DNA of 63,826 nucleotides, filler included, from Pirum gemmata (Eukaryota): NCBI GenBank assembly GCA_002812295.1. It is 12 parts of 12 records of this genome, joined end to end, with 100 filler letters (N's around TTAATTAATTAA, not from the genome) between each part and the next. Parts side by side here need not be neighbours in the genome. Positions count along the whole stretch, not along the records: positions 50,823 to 59,445 come from PDIN01000831.1; positions 59,546 to 63,826 come from PDIN01000953.1; 10 more parts are not named here. One strand, 5' to 3'. Shown piece by piece: positions 51,778 to 63,826 of this stretch (position 1 is its first letter; each line of letters starts with the position of its first letter). The notes under the pieces were generated by a model. It saw only the letters and a program-made list of their open reading frames with translations, ran no database searches and was not told where the DNA came from. The position numbers and the translations under genes were made by a program.

Positions 51778-51824
51778 AGCATTATAAATATTGTTATTTT
51801 TATAATTATTATAATAATAATTAC

Positions 51825-51872
<48 letters not shown>

Positions 51873-51976
51873 NTTTGGTTTTGGTTTGGTTTGGTTTGGT
51901 TTGGTGCTATTATTAGACTGTTTATTAATGATCATAGTGCTAATTATAACAATGAAAACTTGTAATAATAATAGTA

Positions 51977-52023
<47 letters not shown>

Positions 52024-53131
52024 GAGAGAGGTGATAACAATACAAGGCAGTAATGAAGAAAATTTAATGTTAAATGATTATTACAATAATACCGCAGGTA
52101 ATAATATATTAAAAAAGTCTAAGTAAAAACTACTCCAAAAAGTTGGACTTCATTAATACAAGCAATATGCCACGCATCACTGATAATGCTCAGGCAGCTA
52201 CCAAACTGCTGCCAAATTCCAACAGCCTCGTAGACTTTTCGTACCTATTTAAAAGAGTAGTACTTAGAAAGACTAAAGAGCTGACTTTAGTCTATAAAAG
52301 GGATTATAACACTATCATATTAAACCAGTATTAATTAACCACAGTACCTACTTAGTGCACGGTCCTAGGTCCAAGGTCTAGACTCCACGGTGCGCGAGTG
52401 CGAGTGGAGTGCGAGTGGTCTTCCAGGAGGCTGGCAGGAGCCCCGCAGGACTCAGGAGCCCACCTGGCTAGCCATCTGATTTGTGAATTGTGAATTTGTG
52501 AGTGGAACTCCGAACTTGTGAATCCAGCTGTGTGACCTGTGTCACCCCTGTGTGAAATAATTGTGAATGTGAATCTTGTGGTTCAGGAACTTCAGTCTCT
52601 CAGTCCTTAAATTATTCAGTCTCTTCAGTTATTTTTTAAAAAAAATTTTTTTTTTTAAAAAACACTTGTATTTTTTTTTAAAAAAGTTGTGATCATTACC
52701 ATAGCTATTACCATATAAAAAGTCTATAAGATACCATGATGATATGATCATCTCTATATCTTTATATAGATAAATGATCAACACCTATTTACCAGTCCAA
52801 AATTGCAGATAATTTTATAATTTTTATTACATGATATAAAAAGAAATAATCTATTATTATTAATTTTTTTTCTTCCAAGCATTTGCACTATTGGCTGCAT
52901 TGGCCCCGCAAGCTGCGGGCAGGAGTTAGTCCTATCAGTTAGACTACTACAGTCAGCTGACTACAGTAGCTGCTAGCTATACTAACTAGAAGCTACTAGT
53001 TGAGGGCAGTGATACACTGATAGTGCCCGCTAATAGTGTAGTGATGTGCTGCATCATGTGCACTGTGCAGTGATGTTAACGACTTGTTAACGTATGATAT
53101 GAAAAAATTCTTGTCCGATACGGTGATACCT

Positions 53132-53539
53132 GCCGTCCGAAATGTTTTGCAGCCGTGTCCGTCCCGATCCGAAGCCAAATGTCTCGGACCCGAAAATTTA
53201 TCGCTTTCGGTACCCGAAAAAAAAGCTTTTTTTTTTATTTTATTGTATTATTGTATTATTTTATTGTATTATTGAGAACTTCTCTTGTTTTTCAGATTAT
53301 TCTGTGCTCTTATTTCAATATACATATTCGATTTTTCCATTCTACATAATTAATACATAATTCATTATTTGATGGTCAATATTCATCATCAGTCAGTACC
53401 ATCATCAGTACTATAATATGATAAGTAATTTTTTTCGGGTACCGAAAGCGAAAATTTTCGGGTCCGAGGACATTTGGCTTTGGATTGGGACGGACACGGC
53501 TGCAAAATGCTGCAAAACACTTCGGACGCTTCAGACGGC
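53132..53539. mobile_element. MITE with about 90-bp GC-rich TIRs
   Basis: GCCGTCCGAA..GCAGCCGTGTCCGTCCC..CGGTACCCGAAAAAA is mirrored at 53430-53539; TTAGGG-like repeats follow. Confidence 0.85.
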
Positions 53540-54229
53540 GAGTTAGGTTAGGGTTAAGGTTAGGGTTAAGGGGTTAGTGAGTTATTAGGGTTAGGGTTAG
53601 GGTTAGGGTAAGTTAGAAAAATACGAAAACAATATTTTTGAAATTGAAACTAATATGTCTAATATTATGTAAAAATAACACTAAAATTACTATTGTTTTA
53701 GAGAAATTATTATTATTATTTTTAAAAAATATTTTTAATCTTATTTTTTTAGGAGCTATGTATGGCTACGTTTTGGGTCAATGGTGCGGCAGTGGTCGCT
53801 AGTCACCCTGATGGGCAGTACAAATAAAAACGTACAGACCAGAAGTATAGTCTTTTCTTTTTCTTTTTTCTTTCTACTGATATAGTGGATGCTTTTGGTG
53901 ACTACAAAGCTAAATTGTGCATTGGGATTTTTAATTTAATTAATTTTGCTTGGAATTTAAGTAATTAATTTTGCTTGGAATTTAATTAATAAAATTTAAT
54001 GCTCATATTAATGAAAGTAACTATAATAATAATAATAATAATAATTATAACAATACAGCTATAATAGTAATAATAATAGCTAGTTATAGATTGTTGCATA
54101 ACAATAAGCATAGTGGAATAATGACATGGATTTGTAATCATAATGTACATAACTACAATAACAATAGCAATAGATTTTAACTTTCACAACCACAGGTACT
54201 TTAGTCTTCATTTCATGTTATTACTTTTT

Positions 54230-54490
54230 CATATTATACATTATAACTTATTATAATAATTGTATAATATTATGTGGCTTGAACTATTCATTCTATAATC
54301 ATGGTTATGTTCATGAACGAACTAGGCCACTTGTGGTTGTCAACTACAAATATTGTTTTTAAAAATATTTTTAATTAATTTTTAAAAACAAAAGCTTTAC
54401 TTTCTTAAAATATGACTTTGTAAGGATACTGAAATAATTGGTGCTGTGATTGTAATTTTTGGGGAATGTTATAGACAAGTAGAACAGAGC
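54230..54490 (+). pseudogene. Second degenerate copy of the HExxH-like fragment
   Basis: Aligns by eye with 58180-58445; reads MNELGHLWLSTTN. Confidence 0.5.
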
Positions 54491-54552
54491 TGTAAAATAA
54501 TAATAATAATAATAATAATAAAAGNNNNNNNNNNNNNNNNNNNNNNNNNNNN

Positions 54553-54597
54553 TTAGGGTTAGGGTTAGGGTTAGGGTTAGGGTTAGGGTTAGGGTTA
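54553..54597 (+). repeat. (TTAGGG)7 telomere-type repeat
   Basis: Perfect array next to a gap; degenerate arrays at 8377-8465, 19925-19980, 31455-31490, 31760-31797 and 53543-53610. Confidence 0.9.
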
Positions 54598-54897
54598 CGT
54601 TTCGGTGTTAGCGGTTATTGCAATATTTATATATTATATCCGACTTGAATTATTTTGTTTGTATGTATTAAACAAGACTTGTTATAGTTAGAGGCTGGGA
54701 TGTAAGTAAGCCTTTATAATATTATTATGCACCAGCGATGAATAGTTTGATATGGCTACATCCCTTACCGAGTATGCATTTATTAAAGGTATCCCCAAAT
54801 ATATTTATTAATTATGTATTAAATTTTGAATAAATATTGAAAAAAGATGGGAAACTGTGTTTGTGTTTGGGGTTACCATTATTATTATTATTATTAT

Positions 54898-54929
<32 letters not shown>

Positions 54930-55365
54930 ACTTCATTATAATATTATATTGTTAATAATTATATTGTTATTATTGTTATTGTAGTAGTAGTTGTTGTTGT
55001 TGTTGTTGTTCACAATTATTATAAAACGGACTTTATAGAACATGTACACTTTCAGATGTTGAAACCTTAGGAGTCCTAAGAATTAGCATAACGATAAATA
55101 TTTTAAACTTTATGCTCCACTACCGGTAAATGTTGGCGATAAAAGCAGTGTTGGCCTGAGGGTTAGTTTATAAATAGATAGAATTAATAGTTTTATTTTA
55201 TATTAATCAAGCTTAATTAAGTTACAAGTGTTGATATTAAAATTTAATATTAATCAAGATTATTTTATGGATTTTATAGAACATGTACACTATCAGATTT
55301 TGAAACCTTGGGAGTTCTAAGAATTAGTACAACGATAAGTACCATTATTATTATTATTATAATTA

Positions 55366-55401
<36 letters not shown>

Positions 55402-55824
55402 CTTCATTATAGTATTATATTGTTAATAATGATATTGTTATTATTATTATTGTAGTAGTTGTTGTTATTGTTGTTACAAAATTATTGTAAATAAGTAAAA
55501 TGTTAGTATATTATTATTATTATTAATTATTATTAATTATTATTTTGTTGTAGTTTTATTTTATATTAATCAAGCTTAATTAATGTATAAATACAAGCGT
55601 TTATATTTTAAAATTTAATATTAATCAATATTATTTTATGGATTTTATAGAACATGTACACTATCAGATTTTGAAACCTTAGGAATCCTAAGAATTAGTA
55701 TAACGATAAGTACCAATATTATTCCAAAGTAAAATTAGGAATTTATAATTTATCTATAAGAAATACTATCTGATTCACAAGCAACACAGAAGACCATGAC
55801 ATGTATAGTACTTGTAAGTGCATT

Positions 55825-57573
55825 TTATAAATAAGAAACATAATCTGGAACCCAAGGCCAAGTATAACGAGCTGTGCCGTTATAAGCCAAAGTAATATTT
55901 TTCATATTAGACAATCCGTTTACTACCACAGGATTACTCATAGGTAACAAATCTTTATGCTCCAGTACCGGTAAATGTTGGAAAGAAGGCAACCCAGTAC
56001 CCATTCTACAAGCTTCAACTTTAGCGATTGGCAGACTGCCCGTATGTGCTACTTCTCTGACACACATTGGATGGGTTTGTTTCCCCGATTGGTTCTGAGT
56101 CAACCAGCCTCTCTGATCGATTTTAAACTGGAAAGATGGAACGACAGCATTATTCCACACTTCTGCACATGGTGCAGTAATAACGTCAAGACCATCTGTA
56201 GTTAAACATACTGTAGGATCTTGATAATTCACATACACCTCGTGCTGAGGCAAGTAATACCACATGGCTTCGAAGGGAAATTTACCTTCCATTCTATGTT
56301 TTAACTGAGATTTGCTAACAAAATTCAGGTACTGACGTGATGCCGTTTTTGTTTTACTTAAGAAATTACCAGTTTTTTTATTTTGGATAAATACTGCTGG
56401 TACTTGTTTGGGGCAAGTGTAAACATCACACACGGCATTAGCTTTTAAATAGGCTTGTAAACTGGTTTTTACCTTGGCGACAAAGGCATTGTAGGCCTGA
56501 AGGTTTGACTGAAAGGTTTGATCGATAAACTGTTGTTTCCCAACATAGTCATTTTCCAGTAAAGTGGTAACCCATTTCATTTCTGAACTCTCAGTCTCCA
56601 CTACAACAGGATCTTCGAGGACTTTCTGCTTCCACTTGAGCATGTCTGGCTTAGGATCACCTCCACAAACTACATTAGCAGCAGCACCTCCTTTCATAAC
56701 AACTGAGCAGTGGCCTACGGTTGAAGTGAAGTTCTTACTTGCAGCAGTCGACGTTTCTACATTTTTACAAGCCTCCATTTGGGCATTGACTGAGGCCCCC
56801 AGATATTCCACTTTTGCCTTGGCCGAAAAACAAGAGGCTGTATCAGCGAGGGAAGCTGAGGAGGAAGTTGAACTGTCCGTTTTGACTGTGGTCACGAATT
56901 TCAACTCACCACCTACACCCGCATTATAAACATAATGGGTACCAAAGTTGTTGAAATAAGTTTCAAAATCTAGATAAGTAGCGCCGGGTTGGGCTAATTT
57001 GGCCCATGCCTCTTTAGCTATCTTGCTAGGAATAGGATTGTATTGCGAAAGCGTAAAAATATAGCCGCCAGTACTGAGTTCAACTACACTGCTGTAAGAG
57101 GTGCCGCTTTGCTTGACGGCCTCGTTGACCGATGCACTCTGAGAATAGGCCGCGTCAATCGAATCACCGAAACCTGAGACACTTGCACTATAGTGAGCAG
57201 CATTTTTACTCGCATATTTATAAGCGTAGTCGAAGGCAGTGCTACCGGCGACGTTACTAAAGTCGGATCTCCAGGAATTTGTCCAATCCACACCTATACC
57301 ATTGCCGGTAGAGTAAAAGGCATCGGGAAGGTGGTAGCATTTGTTATCAACATGGCTCTTGACCGAAATATTGGACTTATAAGAACTGACGTCCAAGAGG
57401 ACATTATCAGTTGTCTGGCCTTTGACAATATTGTAGCCATCTCCGAAATGGTGGATCCCAGGCAAAACTGAAGTAGCAGTACCGCAACTAGGGTAAGTTT
57501 TTAGGGCAGGAGCTGCTTGGGATAAATGAGGTACTGTAACAGCAACAAATACGGTGGCTGCGGAAAATTTCAT
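55825..57573 (-). CDS. Secreted MACPF (perforin-like) protein with C-terminal ricin-B/beta-trefoil-like domain (582 aa)
   Basis: Signal peptide; LPGIHHFGDGYNIVKG; signature FGTHYVYNAGVGG; MKGG; W...V.EDP; C-terminus has lectin-like motifs (VCLT..APC, FQFKID.RGWL, MCV..EAC). Confidence 0.88.
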   Translation of the reverse strand: MKFSAATVFVAVTVPHLSQAAPALKTYPSCGTATSVLPGIHHFGDGYNIVKGQTTDNVLLDVSSYKSNISVKSHVDNKCYHLPDAFYSTGNGIGVDWTNSWRSDFSNVAGSTAFDYAYKYASKNAAHYSASVSGFGDSIDAAYSQSASVNEAVKQSGTSYSSVVELSTGGYIFTLSQYNPIPSKIAKEAWAKLAQPGATYLDFETYFNNFGTHYVYNAGVGGELKFVTTVKTDSSTSSSASLADTASCFSAKAKVEYLGASVNAQMEACKNVETSTAASKNFTSTVGHCSVVMKGGAAANVVCGGDPKPDMLKWKQKVLEDPVVVETESSEMKWVTTLLENDYVGKQQFIDQTFQSNLQAYNAFVAKVKTSLQAYLKANAVCDVYTCPKQVPAVFIQNKKTGNFLSKTKTASRQYLNFVSKSQLKHRMEGKFPFEAMWYYLPQHEVYVNYQDPTVCLTTDGLDVITAPCAEVWNNAVVPSFQFKIDQRGWLTQNQSGKQTHPMCVREVAHTGSLPIAKVEACRMGTGLPSFQHLPVLEHKDLLPMSNPVVVNGLSNMKNITLAYNGTARYTWPWVPDYVSYL

Positions 57574-58219
57574 GTTTATTACTTTTTAGTTTGGGTTTTT
57601 CCTTTCGTTTTACTTTTTTTTATTTGACTTTTTTTTTTTTGTTTTTGTTCTTTGCTTTTGTTTTTGTTTTTGTTATTTGTTTTGTTTTTTTGTTTTTTTT
57701 GTGTTTTTTGTGTTTTTTGAAAAACTTTCTTTTATTTATATATATTTTTTTTTGTTTGTTTCTAAAACTAAATAAAAAATGTGAAAAGGGGTAAGTAAAA
57801 ATACTGTAAAAATTAATTATGAGGTAGAATTTTATATATATTTTTAAGAAGTGTTTTGGTCAACTTTTAAGATATTATATAATCCCACTAGTACTCTTTT
57901 TTTTAATTGTCGATATAACATCATATGTAATAGAGTGTAATAATAGTCTATGTAATAGCATTTGTTTTTCAAAAAGAAATTACAGTATTTTAATTAATAA
58001 TTAATAATATTTTCTCGTGGAAAAACTTCTAACAAAAATACAAATATAAAAAAATACAAGAATAAATCAAATTTAAATAACGGTTCGTTTAAAAAAGTTT
58101 ATATTGGTTATCAATTATGAAATTAAAAGAAATTGATCTCTCAAAAAAATATTTATTGGTAAGATTAATTACTTTTTCATGTTATACATTATAATTTATT
58201 ATTATTAATTATATAATAT

Positions 58220-59062
58220 TATGTGGTCTGTTGTATTCATTCTATAAACATGGTTATATTAATAAGCATGCACGAGCTAGGTCACTCGTGGTTGTCAACT
58301 ACAGATATTGTTTTTAAAAAAATAGCTTTAATTGAATTTTAAAAACAAAAGCTCTGCGTTCCTGAAATATGATCTTGAAAAAAGATACTGAAATAACTGG
58401 TGATGTGGCTATGGTTGCCGTGGAATGTTATGAACGGGTAGACAGCGTGTCATTCTATAGTGTGCGATGTCTAAAATTGCCCCAAACAAGTACTTCTTAT
58501 CCAAAATAAAGAAACTAGTAATTTCTTAGCTAATGTAAAAACAGGTGCTGGTGATCAGTTGAATTTTTTCCAAAAAATTTCTAACGTCCCAGGAATAAGC
58601 AGCGAAAATACCAAAAACAGAGTGTCCCCTCTGTAGATTCTCATGATCGGGTTAGAAATTTGAAATTCTTATGATAATGATATTCAATATTCATACGAGA
58701 AAAAAAAATTCTCGAAAAAAAAAAAAAGGTGCCAAAAACACTCCAAAAACCCTATTTTTTAGCAAGTATGAAAGTCCTGTAGTACCTGTACTCCCCTTGA
58801 AAGCCATGTGGTATCAGCACGAGATGTATGTCAATTATCAAGATCCCCAAGTATGTATCAATATCATGGCAGTGGGTGCTAACTGGCTCATTCCTGCCCC
58901 ATGTAAAACCGTGTGGGAACAGTTTGGGAACACCATAATATTGAAATTCCAATGTCCCGGTTTAAAATCGATCATGCTAATGGAGGCTGGTTGACTAACA
59001 AACCAACAGCAAACCCAACAAGTCTGTGTGAATGAAACTAATCAAAAGGGATCTCTTCCATG
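58220..59062 (+). pseudogene. Disrupted gene: HExxH metalloprotease-like fragment joined to a paralog of the MACPF C-terminal lectin-like domain
   Basis: HELGHSWLSTTD at 58271. IQNKETSNFL..LNF, AMWY.QHEMYVNYQDPQVC, PAPC..VW, FKID..GWLT and GSLP all match the MACPF C-terminus. Stops, frameshifts and an insertion at about 58585-58760. Confidence 0.75.
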
Positions 59063-59064
59063 CC

Positions 59065-59344
59065 ATCAGTAGTAGAAATACTAAACATTTATAATTATTA
59101 TCATGCATTATTATTTTTATTAATAATTGCGTTGATGAATTATAACAGTATCGATTAGTTTATCAACATTATACTAGGGTTAGCGGTATTATTGTCATAA
59201 TCATTCAACAATTCTTCACTAATGTCTAATATTAATATCACATCGTATGTTGATAAACTAATCGATACTGTTATAATTCATCAATGCAATTATTAATAAA
59301 AATAATAATGCATGATAATAATGTTTAGTACTTCTACTACTGAT
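59065..59344. repeat. Long near-perfect inverted repeat (about 100-bp arms, about 75-bp loop)
   Basis: ATCAGTAGTAGAA...GATTAGTTTATCAACAT versus ATGTTGATAAACTAATC...TTCTACTACTGAT. Confidence 0.9.
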
Positions 59345-59385
59345 AGTACTGATGATGGTACAGAATCTGATGATGATTATTGTTA

Positions 59386-59430
<45 letters not shown>

Positions 59431-59545
59431 GTACTATTATTATTANNNNNNNNNNNNNNNNNNNNNNNNNNNNNNNNNNNNNNNNNNNNTTAATTAATTA
59501 ANNNNNNNNNNNNNNNNNNNNNNNNNNNNNNNNNNNNNNNNNNNN

Positions 59546-60385
59546 AACAAATAACAAAATTTAATAACAAATAACAAATAACAAATAACAAATAACAAAT
59601 AACAAAATTTAATAAAACAAATAACAAATAACAAATAACAAAATTTAATAACAAATAACAAAATTTAATAACAAATAACAAATAACAAATAACAACGATA
59701 GTAAATAACAAATAACAAAATTTAATAACAAATAACAAATAACAAATAACAGATAACAAACAACAAACAACAAACAACAAATAACAAATAACAAGTAACA
59801 AATAATAAATAACAAATAACAAATAACAAATATCAAATAACAAAATTTAATACCAAATAACAAATAACAAAATTTAATTAATAACAAAATTATTTAAGGA
59901 AAATTAATAACAAAAATTTAATAACAAATAACAAAATTTAATAACAAAAGTTTAATAACAAATAATAACAAGCAAACAGCGTCACTAACAAAAAAGAAGA
60001 CAAAAAAATCTATAATAAACAGCAACAGCAGCTGGAACGGTACACATCAAAACATCAAAAACAAACAACGACAAATAATAAACAACATCAAACAAATAAT
60101 AAACAACCACAAAACAACAACAAACAACCACAAACAAACCAACAAACCAACAAGCAAAAAACAGCACACAACAAACAACAAACAACAAACAACAAACAAC
60201 AAACAACAAACAACAAACAACAAACAACAAACAACAAACAACAACAAACAACAAACAATAAGCAATAATAAACAACAACAATAAACCACACCAAACAACA
60301 ACAAACAGCGTTATTAACAAACAACAAACAACAACAAACAACAACAAACAACAACAAACAACAACAAACAATAAAGCAACAAACT
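59546..60385. repeat. (AACAAAT/AACAAAC)n heptamer array
   Basis: Seen directly. Confidence 0.95.
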
Positions 60386-62474
60386 TAATTCTGCCCTGGT
60401 TATAAAAATAATGTAAGGGTAGTTTCAATTAAAATAATTATCTTGTTTTTCAATATTTTTGCTGAAAAAAAAAAGAGAGGAGGATCTACAAGAGCGGGGT
60501 AGTGTGGGATTTAGGGATCAGACTCGAATTTTTTCGAGCAGAAGTAATTTTACTTTTATGATTATTATTATTTGGTGAAGTTTTTTCTTTGAAACTGCTG
60601 CTTTTTTGTTTTAGATGTACAAATTGTTTATTATATAAAGCTATTCAATAAAAACGTACAAATAAAACCTACCAAAATATCTATAAAAGTAGCACGAATC
60701 GGTTCGAATTTCATAAATCATTCGAGTTGGTTTGTATGGTAAATTGGTAATTTCTACTAGTTCTGCATTTTTATTGGTTTTAACATGATCATTTTGGTCT
60801 AATTTTAGTTTGAATTTGGTTGCAAAGAAATTCTAATTTTAGCGACAGTGGCTTCATTTCTTCTTCAACAATGTTGCTGATTGTTGTTTTTTTTTAAAAA
60901 ACAAACTTTTCTAAATTATTTGGATCATTATTTCCTGTTATTTTCACAGAGTTTTCACAGGTTATTTTCAAAATCATTTTGTAAATTTATTTATGTTTGA
61001 TTTTACAATATTATTTATATTCAAATTATTGATACTTACCAAATAATCAACTCTTATAATAATATTTAAAATTACAACATTTACTTTATTGTTAGGTTTT
61101 TTAATACCGTTCATACTAAAACTACAACATTATCAAAATTACAGTTTTTTTTAAAACACAAATTTTACTTTTACACATTTTAGGGATCAAATAATACGTC
61201 ACGTCAAGGGGTAGGTAGGTAAGCGGTATTTGACTGGAAATTAACGTCAAGGGGTAGGTAGGTAAGGGGTATTTGAAGCTGTATTTGACAGGAAATTGGC
61301 GTTACGCTCCACTCATTATTTAGATTATTTTGAAGTCTTTCTATTGGTCTGTTAATTCTTATTATGGTACTTAGGCTTATCTTCTTCCAATTCTACTTTG
61401 TTTTTTTTAAAAAAAATCGAGTTTTCGAGCCTATGCATTAATTTTAAATAAGTTTGAAAATTTTAAGCTAACAGTTAAGTATTCAAGTATATTTATTTAT
61501 TTATAAACCCGAAAAAAATGGGGAAAAAAATAATTTTCGAACAGGGATAATACATCACGTCAAGGGATAGGTAGTTAGGTGGTATTTGACCGAAAATTAA
61601 CGTCGAGGGGTAGGTAGGTAGGGGTATTTGAGGCTGCATTTGACTGGAAGTATTCGAACACTCCCTAATTAGGAACGAGCTGTTTGATTCGATTATGTTC
61701 AGGGTTCAATATAAATAGACTAATCATTACTAATAAGTTCATTATTTTATTTAATTATTGCATATATTTTTTTTTAACTGTCTTCTAAAGAACGCCATGA
61801 TAAGTTTGAGGTTGGTTGAAGCGAACAACTCGAATATTTAGACTACAATGATATTCGATTCGTTCTTTTTTATTTATATCTTCATAATATTTTTTTTTTT
61901 TTTTTTTTTTTTTCTAAAAAAAAAAAAAAAATAGTTTTAAATATTAGGTTCGAAAATATTGAAAATATACAGAAATTGCATATTGCATTATGATCGTAAT
62001 TTTAGAACCGAGTTCTGTTGTAGATTCCTAGTCAGCTCTAGAAGAGGGTTATGTATTATTGTATTCATAATAATTTCAAAAGTATTTCTTTTCTATTCAA
62101 AGTTCAAAATATTACGATTCGTGTTCTACGTCATGTATTATAATATATAATTATACACAATACAATAACAATACCAATAACAATACAATACAATACAATA
62201 CAATAACAAAAACAAAAACAATATAATATAATATATATAATATAATGTAATAACAATAACCATAACAATACAATAATACAATACAATTTAATGCAATTAA
62301 TAACAATAACAATAACAATACAATACAATAATATCAATATCAATATCAATATCAATACAATAACAATAACAATAACAATACAATACAATAATATCAAAAA
62401 AATGTAGAATTTAGTTGTTTGGTTATTTACTAGTATGATACAAGTACTTGTTTACTTGTTTATAATTTTCCTAA

Positions 62475-63385
62475 TGTTATTATTGTTATTATTGTTATTA
62501 TTGTTAAAACGTTATTATTGTTATAATTATTGTTATTATTGTTATTATTGTTAAAACGTTATTATTGTTATTATTATTGTTGTTCTTGTTATTATTAATA
62601 TTATTAATATTATTGTTATTATTGTTATTATTGTTATTATTGTTATTATTGTTATTATTGTTATTATTGTTATTATTGTTATTATTGTTATTATTGTTAT
62701 TATTGTTATTATTGTTATTATTGTTATTATTGTTATTATTGTTGTTATTATAAATTTAATATTGTTATTATTATTAGTATTGTTATTATAATATTGTTAT
62801 AATATATTGTTGTTATTATTGTTATTATTGTTATTATTATATCATATTGTTATTATTATTAATTGTTTTTATTGTTTTTATTGTTTTTATTGTTTTTATT
62901 GTTATTATTGTTATTATTGTTATTATTATTGTTATTATAAATTTAATATTGTTATTATTATTAGTATTGTTATTATAATATTGTTATAATATATTGTTGT
63001 TATTATTGTTATTATTGTTATTATTATATCATATTGTTATTATTATTAATTGTTTTTATTGTTTTTATTGTTTTTATTGTTTTTATTGTTATTATTGTTA
63101 TTATTGTTATTATTAATATTGTTATTAATATTATTGTTATTATTGTTATTATTGTTATTATTGTTATTATTGTTATTATTGTTATTATTAATTGTTAACG
63201 TTATTATCAGTGTTATTATTGTTGTTATTGTTATAATTATTATTAAAATTGCTATTATTGCTATTATTGTTATTATTGTTATTATTTATATTATTGTTAT
63301 TATTGTTATTTTTAATGTTATTATTGTTATTATTGTTATTATTAATAATATTGTTATTATATTATTGTTATTATTGTTATTAATA
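62475..63385. repeat. (TTATTG/TTATTATTG)n microsatellite
   Basis: Seen directly; explains the poly-Leu ORFs. Confidence 0.95.
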
Positions 63386-63826
63386 AATACAGCAAAATTA
63401 TGGATAGTAGATAATTATACGATCGGATAAAATTTGTATTTTGATAATAATTAGGTGTACAAGAAAGTTCACCAGTATAATAGTTACAGTTGGCACTTTT
63501 ATTATATAATTATATAATATACGTATAAAAAGTAATAATAATATTATAAGTAATAATAATAAGCAATAATAATAGCTAATTGAAAATAAAAATAACAATT
63601 TAAAAACATAACAATATACTAGGTAGCTAAGTAATATTCGATTTATATTTATTCGATTTATGTTGAGAAAAACCGAACACACAAACCAACACGCCGCGAA
63701 CAAAGAGAAAACCTAAACACACAAACCAACACGCGAACCAACACGCGAACCAACACGCGAACAAACAAAGATCGCAAACATTTGATACTTTGAGAAACCA
63801 AACACACAAACCAACACGCGAACCAA

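Noticed and set aside
55030..55715. Three spaced copies of an about 70-bp unit (TATAGAACATGTACACT..AACGATAA) as a CRISPR-like array
   Set aside because: Units are long and diverged, spacers are related to each other and 180-300 bp long, and there are no cas genes; this is ordinary tandem duplication.
177..57573. A defence or toxin gene cluster spanning the toxin-like, CotH, LRR, cupin and MACPF genes
   Set aside because: The genes lie on different scaffolds separated by artificial linkers.
1..63826. tRNA, rRNA or snRNA genes
   Set aside because: None recognised by eye; tRNAscan-SE and Infernal/Rfam would be needed to exclude them.

Overview
This is very AT-rich, microsatellite-laden eukaryotic (protist-like) genomic DNA, and it is not one locus. 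It is about 12 short scaffolds, mostly about 4.9 kb, joined by 100-bp N44-TTAATTAATTAA-N44 linkers, so genes on different scaffolds are not neighbours. Intact single-exon genes encode a secreted pentapeptide-repeat/hydrophobic protein, a CotH kinase-family surface protein, an RI-type LRR protein, a germin/spherulin-type cupin, a MACPF-lectin protein and an orphan coiled-coil protein. Spliced genes missed or mis-called by the ORF track include a two-exon secreted Cys-rich protein, terminal exons of a cytochrome P450, an LRR gene and a START-like/PH gene, and a 66-nt exon resembling class II (B12-dependent) ribonucleotide reductase. Mobile DNA includes a rearranged Ty1/copia cluster, an internally deleted ISL2EU/Harbinger-type transposon carrying an XPG/EXO1-like+SWIM ORF, and several MITE families. 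The best leads are a possible modular secreted-effector family (one lectin-like domain on either MACPF or a HExxH protease), a furin-site toxin-like protein, and the transposon's unusual nuclease. Family calls come from recognising motifs by eye, not from database searches. Most short ORFs in the track are microsatellite artefacts.
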